Source: a virus
Taxonomy: Duplodnaviria > Caudoviricetes
Length of the DNA: 34,478 bases
Virus record (IMG/VR): IMGVR_UViG_3300011433_000007
Coordinates: 1-34,478 of that record
Strand: one strand, 5' to 3'
Position 1 is the first letter of the stretch, and every line of letters starts with the position of its first letter. Positions 8,517 through 15,832 of this stretch are shown in pieces. A program made the translations under genes and the position numbers. Below the pieces are notes generated by a model. The model had not been told where the DNA came from. It made no database searches and saw nothing but the letters and a program-made list of their open reading frames with translations.

Positions 8517-8801
8517 TCACGCAACCAGTTCCCATCGATTACTGCAGACCGTGCAGTACGCCTGCGGGGGCCGTCCCTTATCCCGGACGATGTCCACCAG
8601 CTTCTCTTCCCCACACTTCCCGCAGTACACCGCCCCGCGCGTTGTGCGCCCGGACACGTTCAGGACGCGGTCTAGCCCATCACGGTTGCGGTACTTGATC
8701 ACCAGCCAGAACCCTTCCCGATGCGCGCTGTAGATGTGTGCCCCGTGGAGGTCGTCGCACGTTTCGTCGTGTGCCGTAGTCATTACGTTGTTTGCTGTCA
8801 T
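8517..8801 (-). CDS. Zn-ribbon protein
   Basis: CGKC...CTVC..RW; AGGA upstream of ATG 8801. Confidence 0.6.
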   Translation of the reverse strand: MTANNVMTTAHDETCDDLHGAHIYSAHREGFWLVIKYRNRDGLDRVLNVSGRTTRGAVYCGKCGEEKLVDIVRDKGRPPQAYCTVCSNRWELVA

Positions 8802-8805
8802 GGGG

Positions 8806-9066
8806 CTATTCCTGTCGGAACTCATCGAACGCCACGACCATCTTGGACGGGATCTTAGTGACTCTGCCGTACGTGCCGTCGCGAATGTAGTCAGCGGCCA
8901 GCGTGATGTACTTCGACTTCCTCGATCCGCCCACGAGCCAGCCCCACGAGATCACCTCGACCACGTTGTCCGTGAAGGCGGCGATGTCTTCAGCTGGCAC
9001 CCACGTCCGCGTGTCGTCGGCCGCGTCATGCCAGATGATCCGGACGAATGGCTTGTCGTGGGTCAT
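8806..9066 (-). CDS. Conserved-type small phage protein (WxDA...GWL...IP)
   Basis: VRIIWHDA...W...ISWGWL...ITLAAD...KIPSKMV; ATGA overlap. Confidence 0.75.
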   Translation of the reverse strand: MTHDKPFVRIIWHDAADDTRTWVPAEDIAAFTDNVVEVISWGWLVGGSRKSKYITLAADYIRDGTYGRVTKIPSKMVVAFDEFRQE

Positions 9067-9731
9067 GGCGCGTAACTTTCGACGCGAGCGGTTCCGCTCC
9101 GCCAGAGCTTCGGACTGCTGAGATACCCGAGCGACAACAACTCCTGCCGCATGGCTATGTTCTGCTTGACGTCGCCCACCACGCGCTCACGCACCAGCGC
9201 CAGACCCTCCGGCGTGAGGCGATTCGCCGCGCGCCACTTCATCTGATTCATCTGCACTTTCGACTGCTCCAGCCGCAACATCGCGCTCAGTGATTCCTGT
9301 GAGCAGCTAATACCCTTGCGCCGAATCAGGTGACATTTCGTGTCGTGGACCATCTTCGAGTTCAACACAGGCATCCGGCATTCCATCAGCGCCCCGTTGA
9401 TCATGGGGAGATCGTGGCCCAGAATAAAGTGCCCCGTGACCATGTCCGATGCGTCGAATACAGCCACGAATCTACGCAGAATATCCGGCAACTCTGTCTC
9501 GCCCAAGAGATACACGGTGACAGCGTGCGGCTGATCTGTCCATGCCCACGCGATCGTCGTCACCTCGGCCGTGGTGAAGTCGGAGCCGAGATACGAGAGT
9601 GGCCTATTTTCGATGTCGAAGTCGAGCACCCGGAGCGGACGTGCGCTGACGCCGATTCTGGCCGCCCGCACGACGACGCGATGTGCGGGGTCGAGGCTCT
9701 GTGGTGGACGTGGCCGGATCAGGATTCTCAT
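9063..9731 (-). CDS. DnaQ/RNase H-like 3'-5' exonuclease
   Basis: ExoI LDFDIE, ExoII VTGHF...HDLP, HDT, ExoIII-like RVVGDV. Start uncertain (ATG 9731 chosen). Confidence 0.8.
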   Translation of the reverse strand: MRILIRPRPPQSLDPAHRVVVRAARIGVSARPLRVLDFDIENRPLSYLGSDFTTAEVTTIAWAWTDQPHAVTVYLLGETELPDILRRFVAVFDASDMVTGHFILGHDLPMINGALMECRMPVLNSKMVHDTKCHLIRRKGISCSQESLSAMLRLEQSKVQMNQMKWRAANRLTPEGLALVRERVVGDVKQNIAMRQELLSLGYLSSPKLWRSGTARVESYAP

Positions 9732-9924
9732 GGTCGATGTGTATGTCGAACGCGACACCCTCCGGGAGGCCGAGGACCGATCCGCCACTCTTCAACTTTT
9801 CAATCTCCGGCAGTAAGACGTCTTCCTCGAAGTCGATGCGCTCGAGCCCTTGCTTGAACCGGAACTGCGTGCGGAGCAGGAGCTTGAGTTTTCGCTCCTG
9901 CCTGCTGTCTCTTGAAAGTGACAA
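9604..9924 (-). CDS. Hypothetical protein
   Basis: Perfect AGGAGG 4 nt before TTG 9924; N-terminal half looks globular; the tail overlaps the exonuclease ORF. Confidence 0.55.
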   Translation of the reverse strand: MSLSRDSRQERKLKLLLRTQFRFKQGLERIDFEEDVLLPEIEKLKSGGSVLGLPEGVAFDIHIDHENPDPATSTTEPRPRTSRRRAGGQNRRQRTSAPGARLRHRK

Positions 9925-10195
9925 GCCGCCTCCTGAGGTGGGTATTGATGACCACCGCCTGTTCGACGGTGGCCGCCGTCCCCACAAACCGCCGACCTAT
10001 TCGCAGCCGGCGCTTGGCCGCCGTGCGCGCCCATGCCCGTCGCCGCGGGTTCAGCCGTGTGGACTGGGCCCGTTGATTGGACGGCAACGCCTGCCAGTGC
10101 TGTTGGCAGTAGGAACGGCTCCACTGTTTCCGCACCGGGCGCGTCGCCACGCGGCCACAGCCTTTGATGCACAGCCTACCGTTCGCCCTCTTCAT
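9800..10195 (-). CDS. Basic hypothetical protein with CxxxC...CxxH
   Basis: Fills 9925-10195 on the coding strand; Zn-finger-like N-terminus; weak RBS. Confidence 0.45.
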   Translation of the reverse strand: MKRANGRLCIKGCGRVATRPVRKQWSRSYCQQHWQALPSNQRAQSTRLNPRRRAWARTAAKRRLRIGRRFVGTAATVEQAVVINTHLRRRLVTFKRQQAGAKTQAPAPHAVPVQARARAHRLRGRRLTAGD

Positions 10196-10216
10196 AGAGC
10201 ACCCGCTGCAGGAGCC

Positions 10217-10426
10217 CTAGGGCGTAGGGTTTGGGTGTGCCGCCAGCCATGCCGCGTCTTTCGCCAACGTGGAGACGCACGCATCCCGTAACGCGGCGAT
10301 CACTTCCTCACTGGTCGGTTGTGGTGCCGTTGGATCGGGTCGCGTCAGAGCGCCCCGTAGCCAGCCAATGATGGCTGGTAGTTCCTGCACGACGACAGTA
10401 ATGAGTTGACCTTTATCGATCGCCAT
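10217..10426 (-). CDS. Small hypothetical protein
   Basis: TAATG coupling to the lipoprotein gene; amphipathic N-terminus. Confidence 0.7.
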   Translation of the reverse strand: MAIDKGQLITVVVQELPAIIGWLRGALTRPDPTAPQPTSEEVIAALRDACVSTLAKDAAWLAAHPNPTP

Positions 10427-10800
10427 TAGCGTGTCACCTCGCTCAGGATGGTCTTGACCAGCGCGATATACGGCCCCAGTAGCGATCGTTCTGACGGCGG
10501 CAGGTTCACCTCCAGCTCGGTCAACCCGGCCAGCACAGCAGGTACCCAGCCCTCTGCCGTAGCCTGGATGATCTTGACGGAGGATTGGTGATACAGCACG
10601 ACGCGCCGTGTCGTCGCCTCTGGCATCAACGGGGGCGTCTGGGCGTTCGCATCGATGGCCGCATCGCGGAGAATGTCGAGCGCCTTGACGACGCGCGTCG
10701 CCTTGAACGCCTGCGTGGCCTCAGGGGTCAGGTTCGGCGGCGGCGTGGCACAGCCCGCCCAGAGGACCGCTAGGATCGGGAGCAGTGTTAGTCGTCTCAT
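10426..10800 (-). CDS. Lipoprotein (spanin-like role possible)
   Basis: GGAGG RBS; [16 protein letters not shown]|C lipobox. Confidence 0.8.
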   Translation of the reverse strand: MRRLTLLPILAVLWAGCATPPPNLTPEATQAFKATRVVKALDILRDAAIDANAQTPPLMPEATTRRVVLYHQSSVKIIQATAEGWVPAVLAGLTELEVNLPPSERSLLGPYIALVKTILSEVTR

Positions 10801-10810
10801 ATGTCCTCCG

Positions 10811-10996
10811 TTAGCGCACAGGTTCGGTCGTGATGTAGCGCAAGACGATATTCCCCGCCGCCTGCGTGAACACGACGTACTTGATCCAGAGCTCTGGAAT
10901 CAACGCCGCGAACTCAGGTAGGGCTGCAATCAGCAGCGCCGCCGAGATGACGTTGAACCAGAATGTTTTCGTGTGCCAGAGTGCGCGATCGGTCAC
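10811..10996 (-). CDS. Holin-like 61-aa membrane protein
   Basis: AGGAG before GTG 10996; W..KTFWFN + TM ... NIVLRYITTEPV pattern of small two-TM phage holins. Confidence 0.75.
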   Translation of the reverse strand: MTDRALWHTKTFWFNVISAALLIAALPEFAALIPELWIKYVVFTQAAGNIVLRYITTEPVR

Positions 10997-11033
10997 GGTG
11001 TCGTCTCCTGTTTTCTCTGGGGGAGAAACTTGG

Positions 11034-12005
11034 TTAGTGGTCGCCCTGAAAATCCAACGCCGCGAACGGTCGGACAAAGCCAGCTTTGAGTCCTCGGATG
11101 AACTCCTTCGCGCACTGGTCGGAGATGGAGCCAGCCGGCAACACGCGGCACTCCAGCCCGAGCGAGCACCCGAAGGCGCCGCCCGCACACTCCGCCATCA
11201 TCACGCCCATCTCGAGCGCCACGCGCGGGTCGGTGGAGCGCGCATCGCCAACGTGGTCCGGGTTCGTGTCCGCAAAGAACATCGGCTCGATGTTGACCGT
11301 CGGCCGGTTCGTGGCTGGCCCAGCGAAGTCCCCGTCCTGCATCTGGCGCAACGGCAGGTCTAGAAACATCTTCGGCGCCTTGCGGACCACTTCGTACTCG
11401 ACCCAGTCCAGGTACGGGTAATACGGGTTGTAACGAGGATGCGTGCCTTCGCCGCGCGAGCCCTGCGACAACAGCCCACTCATGCCGTCAGGGAACTGGT
11501 AGTCGTTCGGGTGCCAGCCGTTCGAGTAGTCCTCGTTCCCCTTGCGCGGGAGCAGGTTCCATCGTCCGCGCATCACGGCGCACGACTCGCGCCAGAAGTG
11601 CTGCTTGTCGCCGGTGTAGTGCTGCATGTCCGCAAGCGGCGCATGGGCGACTCGTAACTTGCGCTCGGCCGCCTTGTCGAAGAGCTGCGCCAGCCGCACG
11701 AAGTAATCCGGGTGCGTCAAGGGCGTCAGCGCCCAGCCGTTCGCCACCTTCCACGGACTTGCGTGCATGCCCACCGTCACCAGCGTGTTGTAGCCGTAGT
11801 CGATGACCTGATCGAGTACGGCGTCGATGGGGTCGCACGGGTAGCCGCCAATCAGGCAGTTCAACAGGTAGTGCGCCGACCAGCCACGGAACTGCCAGTA
11901 CTCGTTTTGGTCCGTCATGAAGTCGCGGCCCTGCACGTGCAGCCAGCCGGATTCCTGGCCCGTCTTCTTCGGTCGGCCGTCGGTGAGGAGGACGAGGCTC
12001 ATCAA
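11034..12005 (-). CDS. Putative clan GH-A (GH5-like) TIM-barrel glycoside hydrolase
   Basis: LHVQGRDF start, YGYNTL, GNE (acid/base-like), VNIEP (nucleophile-like); no signal peptide. Confidence 0.55.
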   Translation of the reverse strand: MMSLVLLTDGRPKKTGQESGWLHVQGRDFMTDQNEYWQFRGWSAHYLLNCLIGGYPCDPIDAVLDQVIDYGYNTLVTVGMHASPWKVANGWALTPLTHPDYFVRLAQLFDKAAERKLRVAHAPLADMQHYTGDKQHFWRESCAVMRGRWNLLPRKGNEDYSNGWHPNDYQFPDGMSGLLSQGSRGEGTHPRYNPYYPYLDWVEYEVVRKAPKMFLDLPLRQMQDGDFAGPATNRPTVNIEPMFFADTNPDHVGDARSTDPRVALEMGVMMAECAGGAFGCSLGLECRVLPAGSISDQCAKEFIRGLKAGFVRPFAALDFQGDH

Positions 12006-12991
12006 TCCACCAACGGATACGCGAACGATTCCGCCGTCTCATCGAAGATGGCCCGACGCCGATCCTCATCGAGGTAGAACGATTCCCACGCGCCCGCCGT
12101 CCCGGCCGGTCTGGACTGGAACGACCCGTCCGGCTGCACCGACAGGACGGTGTCTGTGCCCCTTGGGTACTGGTAGGTAAAATAGCCCGCCCGCCCCGGC
12201 ACCGGGATCAGGCGCTTCTTGGAAATCGAAAAGTTGGTCAACATGTCGCTCTCCTGTGTCGTCGTCGGCACCGTGTAGGCCGCGGCCTTCCACGAGCCAT
12301 CGATCCGGCGAATCCCAAAGTGATCAATCGGCCAGGTGCTCGCCCCGTCGTTGATCTGATAGAGGTACGCCGGAATGTCGTGGCCCTGCCAGAACGCCCA
12401 CTCCTGACTGATGCGCTCGGCCTGCTCGTCCTCGGTCATGTCCACGCTCGGATAGCCGAACTCGGTGATCTGGATCGGCTTCCCCGCCGCGGCCGCGCGT
12501 AGCCACTTCACTTCCGCGTCTCGACTGCTAAACCCCCGATGGGGATTCTCAAACGTCCCGTCGCCGTAGCGATGCGCCGTGATGCCGTACAAATCCGAAG
12601 GCCAGCCACCGCCCGCGTCACGCACCGCATTCAGCCAGGCGAGCGAATCGCCGTCGAGGTTGCTGATCACCCCGCCCCACAACCGCACCCCGTGAGCCAC
12701 GGCGATCTCGACGGCCGCATCCAGTTCGCGCCGATATGCCTCCGGAGGCATATCGCCGTCGAGCTCGTTCTTCCACTCCGCATCCCGCCCAGTTAGATGC
12801 GGCAATCGGCTCGTGTCCCAGATCACCACGAGCGGCTGCGCGCCAGCGTCCACCGACTCCTGCACCATCGCGGTCATCGTGGCGTCGTCCACATGGGTGA
12901 CTTCCATGCGATGCAGCGTGAACCCGAGCCGCGTCACGTCAGCAGCCAGCGGGCCGATGCAGCCGTCGAAGTGGCTATGGAGTCCGAACAT
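12002..12991 (-). CDS. Clan GH-A glycoside hydrolase with C-terminal fascin/beta-trefoil-like repeat
   Basis: EWKNE, ITAHRY, KPIQITEFGYP, YLYQ..D...HFGI; C-term VLSVQPDGSFQSRPAGTAGAWESF. Confidence 0.75.
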   Translation of the reverse strand: MFGLHSHFDGCIGPLAADVTRLGFTLHRMEVTHVDDATMTAMVQESVDAGAQPLVVIWDTSRLPHLTGRDAEWKNELDGDMPPEAYRRELDAAVEIAVAHGVRLWGGVISNLDGDSLAWLNAVRDAGGGWPSDLYGITAHRYGDGTFENPHRGFSSRDAEVKWLRAAAAGKPIQITEFGYPSVDMTEDEQAERISQEWAFWQGHDIPAYLYQINDGASTWPIDHFGIRRIDGSWKAAAYTVPTTTQESDMLTNFSISKKRLIPVPGRAGYFTYQYPRGTDTVLSVQPDGSFQSRPAGTAGAWESFYLDEDRRRAIFDETAESFAYPLVD

Positions 12992-13072
12992 CTATTCGTC
13001 TACGTTCTGCACGATCCACATCAGGCCCAGAAAGAACAGCGCCGCCACCGCGATCGCTAGATAGTCCAGCAT
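12992..13072 (-). CDS. 26-aa single-TM peptide MLDYLAIAVAALFFLGLMWIVQNVDE
   Basis: Manual translation; TAGGA upstream; its stop TAG abuts the next ATG (12991). Below the ORF-track cutoff. Confidence 0.65.
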   Translation of the reverse strand: MLDYLAIAVAALFFLGLMWIVQNVDE

Positions 13073-13081
13073 GGCTATGTC

Positions 13082-13381
13082 CTAACTATCGCAAGGATGC
13101 CTACAGTTACAGTTCTGGGGCGAACACCGGCTGAGGCAGCGTGCGTCCCACTTCCGGTTCTCTGTTTCCTCTGCGTGCTCGTAGCCGGGGTCGCAGGTGT
13201 GCTTGCACTCGCAGAGCTGAATCTGATCCGCCTTGTCTGGAAACTCTTTCCGCATCCGGTCAATGTCCGCTTGCGTCTGGTGGCAGTACTTCTCCACCAC
13301 CCCTTGCATCCACGGTCGCGGCGCTGGTTCCTGTGCAGCCATCACGCCAGTCATCAGCGCGAGCAGTGCCAGTGTTCTCAT
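13082..13381 (-). CDS. Secreted cysteine-rich protein
   Basis: Signal MRTLALLALMTGVMAA|Q; 9 Cys in the mature part; GGGAG RBS and ATGA overlap. Confidence 0.75.
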   Translation of the reverse strand: MRTLALLALMTGVMAAQEPAPRPWMQGVVEKYCHQTQADIDRMRKEFPDKADQIQLCECKHTCDPGYEHAEETENRKWDARCLSRCSPQNCNCRHPCDS

Positions 13382-13566
13382 GCGTCTCCCTTAACTTTGA
13401 TGCCGCGCAGGAACCGCCGATCGTTCTCGGTCAACTTAAACTCTGGCGGCTCCGGCTGATCGATAAACTCCGATGAGCCACACCGACACTTAAACGGCAC
13501 ATGCGCTGGGGACGCATGAAACGCGATGGTCACATCCGTGTCGCACCGAGCACAGAGCAGCGGCAT
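13378..13566 (-). CDS. Small Zn-ribbon protein
   Basis: ATG 13566 just after the endolysin stop; CARC...CRCGS. Confidence 0.6.
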   Translation of the reverse strand: MPLLCARCDTDVTIAFHASPAHVPFKCRCGSSEFIDQPEPPEFKLTENDRRFLRGIKVKGDA

Positions 13567-13567
13567 C

Positions 13568-14038
13568 TCATGGATCGATCTTGAGAAATACATGCCTACC
13601 GATAAAGCATGTAGGTGAGCGTCCCTTTGCCCAAGTAGGCGGTGCTGACTCCCAGAGCGCACGAGTGAGGTAATGATTCGATCCAGAAATTCTGTCGCGC
13701 ACCACACCCGTGAGCAGACCCTTCGCCAGCCAGCGTGTTTCAAGGTCCAGCGCGGTCGGGACAAAACTTGAACGGATGGCATGGTCCCCCACGATCTGTC
13801 GCGCATGGCTCATCAGGGATCGGTAGTTCGCATCGCCGCCGTTCCAGCACGAGAACTGCCACCGCTGCAGGCACACGTCTTTAACAGAGTCCGGCCAGCG
13901 GTCATCAGCGACACGGTTCCGCACGACACACCCTACGGCGACTCGTCCTTCCAGTTCCTCTCCGCGCGCCTCGCCGAGCAACGTCAGCAATAACACGTCA
14001 CGCTCGGTGAGGGCGGCCCGCACCTCGGCATCAGTCAT
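13568..14038 (-). CDS. Endolysin, SleB/Hydrolase_2 cell-wall hydrolase
   Basis: TLLGEARGE...AVGCVVRNRV...QFSCWN...HY...P.WA...IGRHVF. Confidence 0.92.
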   Translation of the reverse strand: MTDAEVRAALTERDVLLLTLLGEARGEELEGRVAVGCVVRNRVADDRWPDSVKDVCLQRWQFSCWNGGDANYRSLMSHARQIVGDHAIRSSFVPTALDLETRWLAKGLLTGVVRDRISGSNHYLTRALWESAPPTWAKGRSPTCFIGRHVFLKIDP

Positions 14039-14214
14039 GGGTGATGGATGCCATTGGAGCGGTCGAGCTTCGCCTCGATGCGCTCGAGCCGGCCCACGAT
14101 GTCATCGTGGCGGGACACGCCCACATCGATGCGTCCCTCTAGCCGGATGAGCCAGGTCAGCGCCAGAATCGTTGGCACACCAATCGCTAACACTTGCTCG
14201 ATCGTTAGAGTCAC
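14035..14214 (-). CDS. Holin-like protein (one TM plus coiled coil)
   Basis: AAGGAG/GAGG before GTG 14214; TM then RLERIEAKLD; directly upstream of the endolysin. Confidence 0.65.
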   Translation of the reverse strand: MTLTIEQVLAIGVPTILALTWLIRLEGRIDVGVSRHDDIVGRLERIEAKLDRSNGIHHP

Positions 14215-14218
14215 GCCC

Positions 14219-14524
14219 TCACTCCTTGTCGACAGTGGGTCTCGCCGCCTCTTTGACGTAGCCTTTCGGTTGCCCCGTCTTCGCATCGATCTCCCACTGC
14301 CAGACAAACCCATCACGCGGCGGTGGCGTACGCTGCTGACGATCCAGTTGCAACTGCACCACGTCGTACTGCTTCTGCAAGTCCGCGAGTTGGATCTTCA
14401 GCCTGACAATCGCCTCGTTCTGGAGACTCACATCCACTCGGCAGGCTTCCAGATCCGTGAGGGCTGGCGCTTGTGCGCCCAGTGACACCACGCAGAGGAC
14501 GCCAAGGAGAATCGCGCGCTTCAC
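14219..14524 (-). CDS. Signal-peptide/TM coiled-coil protein
   Basis: MKRAILLGVLCVVSLGA|Q then a heptad-rich segment; GTGA overlap. Confidence 0.7.
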   Translation of the reverse strand: MKRAILLGVLCVVSLGAQAPALTDLEACRVDVSLQNEAIVRLKIQLADLQKQYDVVQLQLDRQQRTPPPRDGFVWQWEIDAKTGQPKGYVKEAARPTVDKE

Positions 14525-15819
14525 CGGCTCACCCGTATGTCCGTGCCTTCAATCGCCGCCAGCCGCGCCGCCAGCCGGATGTTCTCCTGCTCGAGTTGCT
14601 GGAACCGCGCCTCCATCATCTGCACCTTGTCGGCCTGCTGCCGGATCGCACCCGTGTGCAGCATGGCGAGTTTGGACATATTGACGAAGTGGTGGCCGTC
14701 CTCGTTGAAGGTCACAAGGCCGATACGCTGCAGTTCATCGCGGCCGGCGAGGCTGTCCATGGCCGACGCGAATCGTGCCTTGATCTGGTTCTTGTACGGA
14801 TCGTCAGGCCGCGCCACTTCCACTGCTAACGCGTTCAGCACCTTCGCATCGTCGTGGCTGTCGAAGTTGGTCCACGCCGTACCGACGTCCTGATGGGAAT
14901 CGCCATCGGCGTCGAGGATGAAGCGGGCTGTGGACTGGTCGCGCACCACCAACAGATTGCCGTTGGCTCCAATGCTCGTCGCCGATGTGCCTGACTTCAA
15001 ATAATTATCAAACACCACCACCCCGACCGACGTGGTCGTCTTCGTGGTATCCGCCGTCGTCACGATGGACAAAGGCGCCAGGGCATACGTTCCTTCAGTA
15101 AACGACATAATCTGCACGCCTCCCGAGGCGGCATCGGCTTTGCGGATAAGCCCGAAGGTGTTCGTCTCTGCTTGCGTCGTCACCCCGTGCGCGATGTCGG
15201 AGGACTTGAACGCGATAATCTCATTGTCGCTGGCGCCTTGATTGATCGTGAGACCAATCGTCATGCCGGCGTTGGCAGAATCATTCACAAAGACAATCGG
15301 CGACTCCGTCACGGTGAACACCGTCGTGTTGGCGCCGTTGATGACATTGAACTCGTTCGACGTATTGTTATCACCGTCGATGCTCACATTCATGTCGTTA
15401 TAACTTTGCAGCGTACCGTTCGTGCCGGAGAATCGAATCACGGGTAACGTCACGCCGCTAAAATCGAGAATCGATGACGCATTGGAAAACGTGATCGAAC
15501 CATCAATGGACGTGCCGAACGCAGGACAGGCGCCCGTGCCAGTGCTGATCAATAGACTGCCGACAGCGTGACTGCCGTCGAGCCGCTGAAACGCAGACGT
15601 GCTGGAGGCGCACAAGAGGTCCCCAAGCGCCTGCGACGTGACCGAGATCCCACCACCGCGCAACACGCCCGTGTTGTCGCGCACGTACGTATTCATATCG
15701 GCGGCGGTGAGGATGTCAGAACTGGCCCAGGTTTTGGGCGTCGTCCAGCTTTGAGCCAACACTGGCGTGCTCCCGATGACCATGACGAGACCGAGCATCC
15801 AACTGACACGACGTGACAT
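14521..15819 (-). CDS. Tail fibre/spike-like protein with signal-peptide-like N-terminus
   Basis: GGAGGG RBS before ATG 15819; WTTPKTW...LTAADMNTYVRDN minor-tail motif; G/S/T/N-rich beta body; C-terminal coiled coil resembling the end of S74-type chaperones. Confidence 0.75.
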   Translation of the reverse strand: MSRRVSWMLGLVMVIGSTPVLAQSWTTPKTWASSDILTAADMNTYVRDNTGVLRGGGISVTSQALGDLLCASSTSAFQRLDGSHAVGSLLISTGTGACPAFGTSIDGSITFSNASSILDFSGVTLPVIRFSGTNGTLQSYNDMNVSIDGDNNTSNEFNVINGANTTVFTVTESPIVFVNDSANAGMTIGLTINQGASDNEIIAFKSSDIAHGVTTQAETNTFGLIRKADAASGGVQIMSFTEGTYALAPLSIVTTADTTKTTTSVGVVVFDNYLKSGTSATSIGANGNLLVVRDQSTARFILDADGDSHQDVGTAWTNFDSHDDAKVLNALAVEVARPDDPYKNQIKARFASAMDSLAGRDELQRIGLVTFNEDGHHFVNMSKLAMLHTGAIRQQADKVQMMEARFQQLEQENIRLAARLAAIEGTDIRVSR

Positions 15820-15832
15820 ATTCACCCTCCCC

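Noticed and set aside
11007-11033. TTTCTC/GAGAAA hairpin upstream of the holin-like gene
   Set aside because: Weak 6-bp stem with no U tract, and it does not cover the SD; insufficient support.
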